Shown: positions 1-11,570, counted from the first letter of the stretch. The stretch: DNA of 64,000 nt from an uncultured Verrucomicrobiae bacterium (GCA_963837955.1 CAWIPH010000002.1:3264001-3328000); one strand, 5' to 3'. Numbers and translations: made by a program. Notes: generated from the letters alone by a model not told the origin.

Positions 1-102
1 CTCCCAATCCAATTCCGACCGAATCGCCCAAACCCTTTTAAGCGTTTCAGCAAGCCGGGCGGCGCGGTTGCGGGTACAAATGACTAAAGAAAGATCGTAC
101 AT
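1..102 (-). CDS. Glycosyltransferase family 2, N-terminal part (runs off window)
   Basis: Hand translation from ATG 102: MYDLSLVICTRNRAARLAETLKRV...DWE, the typical GT2 start; co-oriented with the polysaccharide operon. Confidence 0.75.
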   Translation of the reverse strand, partial: MYDLSLVICTRNRAARLAETLKRVWAIRSELDWE

Positions 103-106
103 ACTC

Positions 107-155
107 TGGTAACTTGTGATTGGTAATTGGTGAGAGATTGGTAATTGAGTAATCA
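107..155. repeat. Degenerate heptamer repeats (tggtaat/tggtgat-like)
   Basis: tggtaac ttgtgat tggtaat tggtgag...tggtaat in the intergenic gap. Confidence 0.55.
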
Positions 156-258
156 GCAGGCAGTATCCGTACGCACTAGTCCTGCTCAGCGTTTGGACTA
201 AAGAACTCGAATCACGATCGTTCCTCAGTCCACCAACGAATGTTCACCATCTGCCCTC

Positions 259-1200
259 TCACATTTGCTGAATCTCGATTTTTCGCTCCATTTGCAGAAG
301 GCGAATATCACGGGCCGCACGCCTTTCCGCCTCTCGGATCGCCTTCTCGGCGGGTGGCCACGGTCGCCCAAGACACGTCCTTACCATTCGCTTGAGCCAG
401 TCTATAACAAGCCCTGCTGTTCCGCGATCTCGCGGAGCAACCCCCGCGCGTAGATAGCTGAGAATGTGTGTGCTATAAACGCCGCCCACAAAGACTCGGT
501 GGAGATACTGTGGCGAAAGTCGACGTTTATCGATCAAATGCGTCACGACGAGTTCCCCGAACAGCCCAACTCCCATCCCCAAATCGTAAGAAGTCATCGC
601 TAGGTCCAGATCCTCGCCTGCCATTAAGCTACCGCCTCGACGTCCCAGAGATCGCCTAATCGCCGAGTCCCTTGTATTGCCAGTGTAGGCTTGCGCTACT
701 TTCTCTTTTACACAAAGACCCGCACCGTAAGGCACCGACTCAATCCCAAAATTGGCCCACTTTGCCTCTGTAACACCTCGGATAGCTAAGCTGGGCAACA
801 GCGATTGGAAACGCGGATCCGGTTCGATCTCGAACTCAGCCTCGATACTACCTCCAAAGGCTCCAAGATACGGATGAGCTGCTGCAATTCGCGAAGCCGC
901 TTCTAGATAATCACGCTGGAGTACATTGTCGTCGTCCACGAATATGAGCAGCTCGCCGGTTGCCTCGGCTATGCCGCGAAATCGAGCCGGGGTAAGGCCA
1001 AGTTCTTCCTCGCGAATATGTCTGCTCCGAGGATGCCAGGAAAGATCTACCCGCGAAACTAACGGCTCATTGCTAGCATTATCGACCAGCAACAACTCCC
1101 AGTCAGCATATGGCACGGTTTGATAGCGGAGCCCCTCGATCGTTCGCCTAAGATAATCCTCTCGTGGGTTGTGGGTGCAGATAATAACGCTAAACTTCAT
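259..1200 (-). CDS. Glycosyltransferase family 2
   Basis: MKFSVIICTHNP, LLLVDNAS, FVDDD (DxD) and GEDLD motifs; ATG 1200 preferred over TTG 1248. Confidence 0.9.
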   Translation of the reverse strand: MKFSVIICTHNPREDYLRRTIEGLRYQTVPYADWELLLVDNASNEPLVSRVDLSWHPRSRHIREEELGLTPARFRGIAEATGELLIFVDDDNVLQRDYLEAASRIAAAHPYLGAFGGSIEAEFEIEPDPRFQSLLPSLAIRGVTEAKWANFGIESVPYGAGLCVKEKVAQAYTGNTRDSAIRRSLGRRGGSLMAGEDLDLAMTSYDLGMGVGLFGELVVTHLIDKRRLSPQYLHRVFVGGVYSTHILSYLRAGVAPRDRGTAGLVIDWLKRMVRTCLGRPWPPAEKAIREAERRAARDIRLLQMERKIEIQQM

Positions 1201-1252
1201 CGCGGATTGCGGAGCGCGGAACGTGAAATCGGAAGCTTGGCAAGACAAGCAG

Positions 1253-2576
1253 CTAGTGCAGTTTCCTTGCCTGGGTGGGACGCAGGAGCGAGCGCTCTCG
1301 AGACGCGGCGCGCGTGGCCCGCCAACGGTGTACAGCGTTTTTCAAACGCAGGGTTTCCGTTTCGACGAAATTCTTTGCTCGTGTGCTAATTGTAGGCTCC
1401 ATCAGCTCGCGATAGCGCTTTTTACGCTCCAGTTCTTGAGCGGTCGTAGCCAGTCCCTTGCATCGGCTAGCTTTCGAGAGAATTTCGAGCAGAGTAGGGA
1501 TGCTGGGGTCGCTGATTCTGGCCGTTGCTATTTCGTGGGCCCGCACGCCCATCGCATTCCAGCTCTGGCGAGCGGACCAGGCCCGCTCCAGTGCGTCTCG
1601 CGCAAGTCCGATGACAGGCGCTTCCGCCACGAATCCGCTTTGCGTTTCAGTTACCCATTCTTGGTTGCCTCCGACATCGAGTCACAATCGCCGGCCGCCC
1701 ACAGAGCATGGCCTCCACCAGTGCCAGGGGGGTACCCTCGAAGCGGGATAACATCACGAGCACCTGTTCCTGAACCCAGATTGCCCGTACATCGCTTTGG
1801 TGTCCGGCGAAGGTTATTCGCTCCTGCAACCCAAAAAATTCGACCAGCGCACGCAAATAGCGTTCGTCGGGACCGGATCCGTAGAGCGTCAGGTGCCAAT
1901 CTCGTTGCTTCCATTTATCCGTGCTCAGCGTCTCGACGAGAATATCTTGTCCCTTGTACTTTGCTTCTAACCGAGCAACACTAGCGAAACGGGCAGTTCC
2001 CGAGTCGGGCCACGGAAGATAGGAACGATCGGAAAGATTGACCGGGTTTAGTATAAGATGGGAATTCGGAATCTTCCTTGCTAGCTGCCGCTCGGCGTCT
2101 ATCCGATTTTGGTTCGAGACGAAAAGCACTCGAAAAGCCCGTGAAAAAATGTTGCAAGCGTGCTCGCGACGGTAATCGTCGGTCAGCACCGGTAGGCTGT
2201 CATTAAGCTGGCAGACTATAATAAAAGGGATTGGTGTAACGTAGAGCAACTCCAGCAGATCTGACTGCGATAGGACATCGAAAATCCATCCTTGGCTGAT
2301 GACGATCACATCGGGATTCGTCTTGAAAAGGTCACGATAACTCGATGCCGCCACGAATGACGATCCCTGAACCGGAAAATCCGGATTATGCCTTTGCAAA
2401 ATCTTCACTCCGCGACGTTCAAGCTCGCGCAGTTTGGGCGCCTTGTTAGTCCATCCCAGGACAGAAACGAAGACTTCATGCCCGACCTCCAACGCCTCAA
2501 GAGCGGTTTCCGCCCAGAGCTCCTCGCTACCGCCCCAGGGGTTTCCTCTCATTGTCGAAATGATTCCGATTCTCAT
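1253..2576 (-). CDS. Glycosyltransferase family 4, split by a +1 frameshift near 1680
   Basis: GGSEE N-terminus, KYKGQD, SRFEGTPLALVEAM. Removing one C restores IVTDVGGNQEWVTETQSGFVAEAP and joins ORF 1253..1630. Confidence 0.85.
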
Positions 2577-2602
2577 CGTCTACTCTCCGTTTCCCCGGGG
2601 CT

Positions 2603-3424
2603 TCACAAGCCTTGCTTGATGATCTCTCGAGGCCTTTCTGAGGTCTTCCACTCAAGCGCTGGACGTTCTGCCTGCATTAAGAGCGCGATGTACGTTTTGT
2701 TATCGGGCATTTCTGCGTCTACGACGCCAGCCGTCTTGAAATATTTATCGGCGCAGCGGTTCAGCCAGCTTGGATTGAAGCGCCAAAGGATACGAAAACA
2801 CCACGTCGCAAAGCCAAATAAGGATGACTTTGGCGCTAGTAACTGCCAAAACAACTGATTGATAAAGAAGCAAAGCGCCCGGGGGCCACAAGTCAGCTTC
2901 TTCGCTCCCTTGATCTGGAAACCGGCGCGCTCCAACAACAGACGCAAGCCATCCGCGGTCCACCTCTGGAAATCGTAAGGACAGCCGTGATCCTCGAAAA
3001 GACCATGCGTTGTGAGAATCAAAAAACCGCCCGGTTTTAAAACACGAAAACATTCTGCGACATAGTTAGCAGGCTCCGGTACATGTTCCAGAACCTGTGT
3101 CGAAAGAACCATGTCAAATGAACTATCGGGCATAGGGACCGAAGAGTCTGCCGGCAACAGAAAATCCAGCCCGTCGCAGGGCGTAAAATCCGCCCGGAAA
3201 TATTTGCTGTTGGGGAAAAGGCTGCGATAGGGAGAACCTCCACAGCCATAGTCGAGGATGCTGATTTTTTCAGAGGTTTTATGGAGATCAAGCGCTTCAC
3301 GCACATCGGCCAAGTGCAAATAAAAAGAACCACTAGGGTGTGGGTATAATCGCTCCCTCAGGTAACCGTCCGATTCCAGCGCCTGTGAGAGCTTGTTGTT
3401 CTTTACTTCGAGAGAGCTACCCAT
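2603..3424 (-). CDS. Class I SAM-dependent methyltransferase (polysaccharide-associated)
   Basis: ILDYGCG motif I, FDMVLSTQVLEHV, VLKPGG; overlaps the end of wzt. Confidence 0.88.
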   Translation of the reverse strand: MGSSLEVKNNKLSQALESDGYLRERLYPHPSGSFYLHLADVREALDLHKTSEKISILDYGCGGSPYRSLFPNSKYFRADFTPCDGLDFLLPADSSVPMPDSSFDMVLSTQVLEHVPEPANYVAECFRVLKPGGFLILTTHGLFEDHGCPYDFQRWTADGLRLLLERAGFQIKGAKKLTCGPRALCFFINQLFWQLLAPKSSLFGFATWCFRILWRFNPSWLNRCADKYFKTAGVVDAEMPDNKTYIALLMQAERPALEWKTSERPREIIKQGL

Positions 3425-4706
3425 TCTGCCTCCTCATGGTAAGTGCAAGCTTCAGGACGCCACCCAAATAGGGCTGTCTTATTTAAAATCACGACGCGAA
3501 ACTGACAGATTTCTTCCAAAATTTGATACGGTTGTCCTCCCGGTGGTTCGGTGAAATATGCCGTCAGGCTATATTGGCCAACATTGAGATTCAGCCTTGG
3601 TATCTGGCATACTACCGTCGTCGTGCCTGAACTCTTGCAGATTTCAACGGGATCGTCGCAAGCGGAGAAATGAAGCACAGGGACCTGGGCCTGGTTAACC
3701 ATTTGAAATGAGAGGCATGCTCCGGGAACTGGCTCCGAATGGTCAAAATCAAACTCAACCCTCATTGAGGCGCCACACTCATGAACCGAACTTGGCTGTG
3801 AACAGAAGACTTCGACTCTGGTTATCGACGGCTTGCCGATCTTTGGCGCCGCCTCGTAGCGCGACTCCTGGGAATGCATTGAGCTTAGGTATTTTCCGAC
3901 AGCTTCTTGGGTTTCGCCAAAGAAAACGCACTTTCCAGCCTGCAGTAGGACAGACGTTTTGGTAAGTGATGTGATGGCCGCCATGTTGTGGCTGACAAAA
4001 ATCACTGTGCGTCCGGAATGGCTCACATCTTCCATTTTGCCCAAGCACTTTTTCTGAAACTCAGTATCACCAACCGCCAGTACTTCATCCACGATCAAAA
4101 TTTCCGGCTCCAAATGGGCTGCGACCGCGAAAGCTAGTCGCACATACATACCGCTGCTGTAACGTTTCACCGGAGTATCCAGGAATTTTTCCACCTCAGC
4201 GAACGCAACGATCTCGTCGAATTTGCCCTTAATCTCAGCCCGGCTCATCCCCAGGATCGCACCGTTCAGATAAACGTTTTCCCGTCCGGTTAGTTCCGGG
4301 TGAAAGCCAGTGCCAACTTCAAGCAGACTGGCCACGCGACCCCTGATGCGAATTCGACCTTCAGTCGGCTCTGTGATCCGGCTCAGAATCTTCAAAGTGT
4401 GGATTTGCCCGCGCCATTTCGCCCGATGATGCCAACAACCTCCCCCTGCTTGATTTCAAACGACACGTCTTTGAGCGCCCAGAAAGTCTCAACACGACCT
4501 GTTCAAGAAGCAGAACTGGCAAGCATGCGGATGTGAACCGTTTGAACCATTCCGGCCTCATATTCTCTTGCCAATTGCTTTGAATGGTGCTGCCGCCTGC
4601 CGGGCAATCACGTCGCGGAGAGTGGTATACCGGCTCGCCGTTCGCCTTGTGGCTTAGAGTGTAACTTTTGCCGACGATTTTCGACGGAGATAACAGTATC
4701 AGACAT
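3403..4706 (-). CDS. wzt: Wzt polysaccharide ABC transporter ATPase with C-terminal Wzt_C domain; several indels in the 5' part
   Basis: ATG 4706 [30 protein letters not shown] lies in another frame; then [26 protein letters not shown]. Confidence 0.88.
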
Positions 4707-4801
4707 AAACATTTATGAGATTGCGAATTGAACGGAAATCGCGCATGCGTTTGCGATTCCCCAATTGTCGCAAAATCTCCAGACGAATCCGCGCTCTGGA
4801 G

Positions 4802-5624
4802 TTAGATCACATCCGCAAAGCTCTTTTCTGTCCTGCGGAAATACCAGATTCCGACAAACAGGAAGAGAAAGATAATTACCAGCGAGAGCGCAAATCCCGG
4901 CAGATAAAATTCGCCTGATTCCACCCCGGCAAACCGCCCAGCGGAATCCATCGATAACTCCGACCATAGGATTCAGCGAATAGACCAAACGCCACTGTTC
5001 CGGGATCACATCGGTACTGAAACCAACCGGCGAAATGAAAAGTCCAAATTGGGCGATAAACGGGACGACGTACCGGAAATCCCGAAATTTGACGTTGAGC
5101 GCGGTCAGAAACAGACCCGGGCCGAGCGCCGCGAAAAAGGCCAGCACCGTGAAAAAAGGCAGGGTAATGATTCGCCAGTCCGGCATGAAGCGAAACCAGA
5201 TCATCAGAATTCCCAACAGCACCGCTGAGATAAATAGATCAACCAGGCTGGTAATGACTGTCCCGGCCGGAATGATCAGACGCGGGAAATAGACTTTCGA
5301 TATAAGCCTATCGTTAACGATCAGACTATGGCTGGATTCCAAGAGCGCAGTGGCGAAGAACTGCCAGGGCAACATCGCAGCGAAGACCAGGATTGGATAA
5401 GGGATTCCGTTCGAAGGCATCTTGGCAATCCGGCCAAACACCACGGTAAAAATGAGCATTGCCAGAAAGGGACGCAGAACCGCCCAAGCCACGCCGATCG
5501 CAGTTTGCTTATAGCGAACGCTGATGTCTCGCCAGGCGAGGATATAGAAAAGCTCGCGGTATCGCCAAAGGTCACTCCAGTAATTCTTTTCGGTGCGTCC
5601 GGGTTCGATCAAGAGCTCTTGCAT
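4802..5624 (-). CDS. wzm: Wzm ABC-2 permease; frameshift near 4922
   Basis: DLWRYREL..LAWRDISVRYKQT, NPMVGVIDGFRW. The shifted frame gives the canonical end GIWYFRRTEKSFADVI* at 4802. Confidence 0.88.
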
Positions 5625-5687
5625 ATGATAATATATTCTGGATCAGGCAGAGTGAGTTAAGTGCGAACTAGTGCGCCGTCGGAGCGG

Positions 5688-6251
5688 TTATAGACGAGAG
5701 AGTGTACTGGATTTGGTCAGTAGCAGTAGATCTGCGGCGCTCGCTTCCGCACGGAGACTGCGCCCCATCCACTCAACCAGAATTTCAACACGTTCCTTGG
5801 CGGTAATGAGCCGAGTGACCAAGGCTTCCAAACCCTGGAATGGGCCTTGCGTAATCTGGACGTTGCATCCCGGCTCTAGTGCTTGATTGACCTCCAGAAG
5901 GTCTTCTTCGCCTGTGCGGATTTTGATTTCGCTGACCAAGGCATCAGGCAAAAGAGCCAGACGCTCCCCGAATTGCACGAAGCCACTCACGCCTGGGCTC
6001 TGTCTGATTCGACGATTGAAGGCTGCATAATCAAATCGAGCAAAAAGGTAACCGGGAAACATCGGTTCGACGAACCAGATCGGCCCACGACTCGTCGGTT
6101 TCCGAAATCGCAGTCGAGGACAGAAGACCTCGATTTCGAAAATCTGACGCAGGCAAGCGGCTGCGATATGTTCCCGTTTGGGCTGGCCCTTCAGGCAGAA
6201 CCATGAGCCGGTCGGTTGGTGACGCAGAATTTCAGCAGCGGTTAGAAGCAT
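5688..6251 (-). CDS. NusG paralog / RfaH-UpxY-like transcription antiterminator
   Basis: WFCL..QPKREH, PMFPGYLFARF (NGN domain), VQITQGPFQGL (KOW); located inside a polysaccharide operon. Confidence 0.88.
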   Translation of the reverse strand: MLLTAAEILRHQPTGSWFCLKGQPKREHIAAACLRQIFEIEVFCPRLRFRKPTSRGPIWFVEPMFPGYLFARFDYAAFNRRIRQSPGVSGFVQFGERLALLPDALVSEIKIRTGEEDLLEVNQALEPGCNVQITQGPFQGLEALVTRLITAKERVEILVEWMGRSLRAEASAADLLLLTKSSTLSRL

Positions 6252-6288
6252 GGTAAGTAGCTGACCTGTGCATTAGAAAAATTCCGGG

Positions 6289-6300
6289 CATGCTGCCGCC
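6289..6300 (-). promoter_or_regulatory. ops-like pause element GGCGGCAGCATG
   Basis: One mismatch to the ops consensus GGCGGTAGnnTG, about 40 nt upstream of the NusG-paralog start. Confidence 0.4.
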
Positions 6301-6580
6301 CTTGGTCGCGAACCTGGCGGTTCGGACTGGAATCGACAAAATTTCTTTCGTGAACATTGAATCCACGTAATGCTCAGGGGGGTCCGGTTATTCATCACGC
6401 CGGTTCGACTTTGGTAAGGTCGCCGGCGGCTGCCTAATGAGCTTAGCTAAAGCGTCGGGACTACATAGATACTTTGGCAGGTATCGCCTGCGGCGTGCCT
6501 ATCCAAACATAACCCTGAAACCTGTTTCCATTTTCCTTGGGCCCTCCTTCCTAGCCCCCAATCGTCATTTGAATCAGCGA

Positions 6581-8718
6581 CTAATATTGATCAATCGTGC
6601 TTTTGCTCAGGTTAACAGCGCTTTCGCTCCGATACGCATCAGCCTTGGCATACATACTCACGTAGCGGGCGCAGTAGTAATCATCGCGAGAGCGTCGCCG
6701 CACCCGGTTCAAGACGACCGCATCCGGGACGGTGAGTCGCTCGCTCCAGCAGACTGTATGCCCGGACAAGCAGCGCGCCGCGGGGTTTTGCCCGCCCGGA
6801 CAACGAGACATACCGAGTCAATTTCCTTGGCGATAAGCTGAGTGTCGCTGACCGCGTTGATGGGAGCGCTATCCAGCACGACCCGATCGAAGTGAATCAT
6901 AGCTTCTTTGAGCAAGCCAGCAAGGTCACCCGCAGCCAGCAATTCGGCCGGGTTCGATGCTCGCGCGCCTGCCCCGAGGATGAAGAGGTTCTCCATGCCG
7001 GTCGGTTTGCAGCAATCCATGACGGTTGCGTTTCCGGTAAGACAAGCGCTGAGTCCTCGCGTTTTGGTATCGGCTAGTAGAGCTTTGGTCAGATTCGGCC
7101 GGCGCAGGTCTGCATCGATGAGGAGAGTTCGAAGTCCCGTTTGCGCGAGAGCCGCTGCACAGTTAAGTGAGCAATAGGTTTTCCCTTCGCCCGGATTAGC
7201 GCTGGTGAACAAAACCGTCTTAAAGTCTTGTTCGCTGTCCAAGAAAAGAGAGCGCGGTGCGGAGCGAACGGAACGCTTCCGCTTCGTGCGAAGCCGGGTC
7301 AGCAGTTAGCACGGGCTCTTTATCGAGGTGTCTGCGTTTGGAACGGGGAACCAACAGTTAGCACCCCCAGCCCCAAGATTTCCTCTACCTGATTGACGCT
7401 ACGGATAGAGCTGTCGGCCATGTCGAGGCCGACTACGAGGGCACTGCCAATGACGAAGCCGCCCAAAAGTGCGAGCGCCAGAATCTTCAATTTGCTTGGC
7501 TTAGACGGCCTGGACAGCCACCATCGGCGTCTCGACGATGCGGAAGTTGTTCTCCTCAACGTTCTTCGAGACATTTGTCTCCTTCATGCGCCTGAGAACG
7601 GATTCGTAGAGCGCACGATCGGACTCCACTTCACGGATCAGGACGTTGTAAGGAATAGCAATTTTGTTCAGTTCCAACGCCGCTTCTTCTTGATCCCTGA
7701 GCTCCGCCAGGAGTTTGTCTTCCGTGGTTTTGGCGGCTTCATACGACTTCGTTACCAGGTCGCCCGCACTAAGCAGAGTTCGACTCAAGTTCTGCTTAAG
7801 ATCTTTGATCTGCGCTTGGGCCTCGATGTATTTCGGATGCAGTTCCCCGTAGCGTTCCTTGAGCTGGGCAAAATCGGCTTCCTTCTCGGAAATCTGCTTC
7901 CGCAGGTCCGCCACAACCGGAAGGGAAGTGACACTGGAAAGCAGCAGCAAGTCCTGGGGATTCTTTTTAGCACGCTGGATTGTGGCAATATCTGCCTCCA
8001 ACTTGATGCGCTCGCCCCGGGCCTCGGTCACCTTCAGGTTCAATTCTTTGAGTTTCTCGACGACGATGTTCTGTTTTTCCTCGAGCGAAACTGCGTGATG
8101 GTCTTCCCGGTACTGCTGAACTGCCTGATCAGACTTGTGGAGTTTCTCTTTGAGGCGATCAGCCTCCTGAATGAGGGCGTCATTGGCGGCCTTTGAATCA
8201 GACGAGTTCTGGGCAAAGTTCTGGTCCTCGAACTCTTTAATCATCGACTGGGCAAGCTGCTGCGCTCGTATCGGATCCTTATCCTCTACGGTGACATCGA
8301 TCAATCGCGTGCCCCGGCGAAGCAACACCGAAAGCTTCGACTTGAAATGTTCCGCCAGCTCAATGTCCGAATAAGATGAACCGTCTTTTCTGGGCGGAGC
8401 GAATTCTGGATCTTTGTCCAGGCCATTGGCCTTAACGACCCGCAAAAGGAGCGTGTCACTTAGCAGGTTTTGCTCGACCGTCTTGAGCGCGTCAGCTTGT
8501 TTGTAGTCCTCCTGATTAATATCCTGGATGTTAGTTACTTTCTGCGCCTCTTGCTGAACCTGGATAACGGCGCGCGATTCGTAGATTTTCGGAGCCTGTA
8601 TCAAATAGACAATCGCGGCCGATAAAGTGAGGAGAATAACCAGAATGATGACCCACGCCCTAGATAGCAATAGACGAAAGAGATAACCGAAATCGAACTT
8701 GAGCATGGGATTGATCAC
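6581..8718 (-). CDS. wzc: Wzc/GumC polysaccharide co-polymerase with tyrosine kinase domain; broken into four ORFs by frameshifts
   Basis: N-terminal TM plus PKIYES, coiled coils, YGELHPKY, second TM, TSANPGEGKT Walker A, LIDADLRRP, VLDSAP, Tyr-rich tail DDYYCARYVSMY. Confidence 0.87.
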
Positions 8719-8790
8719 TCACAGTTGTAGATGGTAATTTCGTTTTCACGCGGATAGCCTCGTTTCAGTAGGATCGGTTCATTTTGGCAA

Positions 8791-9402
8791 TTAGAAGATG
8801 CGTTCCCGAACGGTAATTTTATCGTCAGGCTGGACTTCAAAAAGCTGCGAGGAGGTGTTTTTGGTTTGAGCGTGGGCATTTACTTCAATGACCGATTCGA
8901 CACCGTTGACTGTTCGCCGGACGAGCACCTTCCCTTCATCGGCTAAGCGGGTAAATCCGCCGGCCATGGCGATTGCCTGGAGCAAATCAACGTGCTCTTC
9001 ACTCGGGAGAACATAGCTTCCCGGCCTCTGGACCTGACCTAACACGGTGATCCGCCGGCCGGCATATTGAATCACGTTCACTCGAACCTGCGGATTGCGC
9101 AGGTAGCCTTTCATCAGTCTCTCCCGAAGCGTGTTGGCCGCTTGGGCAACGGTTCGGCCAGAAATTTGAACGACGCCAATGAGCGGAAAATTAATTGTTC
9201 CGTCCTGGGAAATCCGGTGCTGGGAATCCAGGTCAGGCTCCTCAAAAACTTTGACCAGGACAACGTCGTTCGGTGAAAGAATATAATTCTCCGGCGCAGC
9301 CGAAGGTTGGGCTTGAGGTGCGACCGCTGTCTGGGCATTTACGCCAGGCAAGTTCACCGCCAGCGCGGAGAGAAGTACCAGCAAAACAAAATAGGTTTTC
9401 AT
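8791..9402 (-). CDS. wza: Short OPX/Wza-family polysaccharide export protein (Poly_export + SLBB)
   Basis: YILSPNDVV.VKVFEEPDL, DGTINFPLIG, LRNPQV, V.GQVQRPG, AIAMAGGFT; Sec signal, no lipobox. Confidence 0.88.
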   Translation of the reverse strand: MKTYFVLLVLLSALAVNLPGVNAQTAVAPQAQPSAAPENYILSPNDVVLVKVFEEPDLDSQHRISQDGTINFPLIGVVQISGRTVAQAANTLRERLMKGYLRNPQVRVNVIQYAGRRITVLGQVQRPGSYVLPSEEHVDLLQAIAMAGGFTRLADEGKVLVRRTVNGVESVIEVNAHAQTKNTSSQLFEVQPDDKITVRERIF

Positions 9403-9419
9403 AAGGTTTGGCTTAGACG

Positions 9420-10817
9420 TTAGAAGCCAAAGCGCACCTCCACCCAAACCTGGTTGTTACGGAACCCTCGCGCGGGAATATTGGAGCTGTTATCTCGATA
9501 GAAATACGAAACGGAGATGTTCGCCCAGTCCTTCAAATGGTAGGTGAGACTGGGACGAATAAAGAAATAGTTATCTTCGCGCTGCCCATTTCCGGTGCTT
9601 GTCGCCGTCGCTTGGCTGTAAGCATCGTTTTCATAACCACCCTCCAGACCCATAAAGAAATCGCCAATCAAGTGCTGATCGATATTGCCTGATATCCTCG
9701 TTGCAGTATAATTGTCGCCGTTAATCGCGGCCGAGTTAGTCGTGTTGCGTGCCCCGTTCAGACTAAGCTTAGTGCCCGGAGAAAGCTCGTAGTTCGCGCT
9801 TAATCCGAATATCGGAGTGACGCGGGTTCCGCCGCTGCTGGAGAACTGCCGGAACTCGACTCCAGCATTCCCATCGAAACTCAACTTCGCCGTCGATACG
9901 AATCGGACCCGGAACAGCGCCTGCTGATAGGGTTGGCTACCCCCTTTATCGGGTTGGAGAACCCCAAATGCTCCTCCCACGCCAACCGTCACTTTGGGTG
10001 TAAGGTTGTAATTCAGCCAGTCGTGATTGAGGAACTCCTTCGAGCCAATTTGGCCCTGGTAGTGCACAAAGGTAACGCCGCCATCTAGATCGAGCGAGGT
10101 CTTGTCGCTGATGTTATAGCTCGCTTTTAGACCGGCAGCATAAATGTCGCTATTCACGCGCGCGCCAATATCCCGGTTCGGCCCAGACAACTTGTCGTAT
10201 TCAAAGTAACTACCGACTTTGAGGCGGCTGAAAGCGTATTGCGCTTCGACCCTCACATGCTGGTCTAGTGTATTGAGACTGCTGTAGTGATTAAAGAGGG
10301 TGAGAGTTGGGATATATTCAAGAGTGATGAAGTTAGCCTCCTTCTGGAGGTAATCCCCAAGTCCGAAAAGGACCCCAGGCGACAAGAGATAGACAAAGTC
10401 CCTTTTTTGATTCGTGCTGCTGATTTCGATGTTGTCGTCGTAGGTCGTGCGGAAACTCATCTCGGGGCGGATGTCGATGGGACCGAACAAAAGCCTCAAA
10501 CCGACTGACCGCGGGTCGAGCGCAACCTGAGGTTGTTCTTCTTCGGGCTTATTTTCCGGGGCCAATCCGTTGATTTCGCCTGACCAGCCTGGTTCCCGCT
10601 CGCCATTCATATCGGGGGATTGAGACTGCGGTGGTGGCTCGAGGGTAGGAGCCTGTTGCTCTGTGGCAGGTGCCTCGACCTTCCAATCCTCTGATTCCGA
10701 GGCCGGTTGTACCGCGCTCGGGGTAGGAGAAGGCGCCCCCACTTGACCATCCGCCGTCTGGGCTAATGCCTGGCAGATCGTCGCAGTACAAAGCCATCCT
10801 GTGCTCCGAAATAACAT
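9420..10817 (-). CDS. Outer-membrane beta-barrel protein associated with polysaccharide export
   Basis: Signal peptide, low-complexity linker, YDDNI motif, alternating beta-strand pattern, C-terminal VRFGF; first gene of the operon. Confidence 0.8.
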   Translation of the reverse strand: MLFRSTGWLCTATICQALAQTADGQVGAPSPTPSAVQPASESEDWKVEAPATEQQAPTLEPPPQSQSPDMNGEREPGWSGEINGLAPENKPEEEQPQVALDPRSVGLRLLFGPIDIRPEMSFRTTYDDNIEISSTNQKRDFVYLLSPGVLFGLGDYLQKEANFITLEYIPTLTLFNHYSSLNTLDQHVRVEAQYAFSRLKVGSYFEYDKLSGPNRDIGARVNSDIYAAGLKASYNISDKTSLDLDGGVTFVHYQGQIGSKEFLNHDWLNYNLTPKVTVGVGGAFGVLQPDKGGSQPYQQALFRVRFVSTAKLSFDGNAGVEFRQFSSSGGTRVTPIFGLSANYELSPGTKLSLNGARNTTNSAAINGDNYTATRISGNIDQHLIGDFFMGLEGGYENDAYSQATATSTGNGQREDNYFFIRPSLTYHLKDWANISVSYFYRDNSSNIPARGFRNNQVWVEVRFGF

Positions 10818-11153
10818 GTCTTACCTTTCAAATTACTTCACGAAAGGGGGCGACACCGCTGCTGGCTGTCCTTCAAACGACGCCGTTCTCGCTATAGACT
10901 TTCCTGATCCCATTTACATCCCTCCCTCTGAATTACACCACCTGCGCCATCCATTATGGCGCACTCGGCGACATAAATAGCGCAAGAAATTTAAAGAACA
11001 AACAAAATTGTCGATAAATATGTTATCAATGAACATTATCAAAAATTTGACGCATTTCTGACGGATGATTCTTTCGGATTTAATGCCCATCTGATATATC
11101 CGATCTTCGTTCCCTAACCCCTCCCCCCTAAGCGATTGAACCAACCAGACATC

Positions 11154-11570
11154 ATGTCGCACGATGACTTTATCCTCGGCTACCAAAACGGCCGATTGGG
11201 ATGCAGTGTCAGCGCCTTGCTCACGTTGCGGCTTTTCCTGGCTGGCCGAATTCACGAAAAGCGGGTGGTGATCACCCTGATCTGTTGGTCCCTCGGTCTC
11301 ATACTTTTGATCGGTCTTTCCGCCATCGGGTTCCTTTTTCTACCTTTCCTCTGGGCGTTTCTCGGCACCATGCTCATGCTCGCGGTCTTTGCGCTCGGAT
11401 CTATCTACCAGGTTAGCGAGCTTGTGGTGTCTGCTGCATTGGTGGACAAACAATTTTATGAGTTAGCCAGAGCCGAACACGCTTTGTGGGTTTCCGCTGA
11501 CGGCGAGGGTAATCTGCCTAAGCTGCAGAAAGTTGTTCCTATGCGGCGCTCCCGTCGTGCCCAACGCTAA
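11154..11570 (+). CDS. Hypothetical membrane protein (2 TM)
   Basis: Two long hydrophobic segments; divergent from the polysaccharide operon. Confidence 0.65.
   Translation: MSHDDFILGYQNGRLGCSVSALLTLRLFLAGRIHEKRVVITLICWSLGLILLIGLSAIGFLFLPFLWAFLGTMLMLAVFALGSIYQVSELVVSAALVDKQFYELARAEHALWVSADGEGNLPKLQKVVPMRRSRRAQR

Noticed and set aside
7393..8196. Long antisense or alternate-frame ORFs (also 1169..1984, 35208..35855, 55912..56691, 63344..63934)
   Set aside because: They are shadows of well-supported genes on the other strand or frame and have no motifs.
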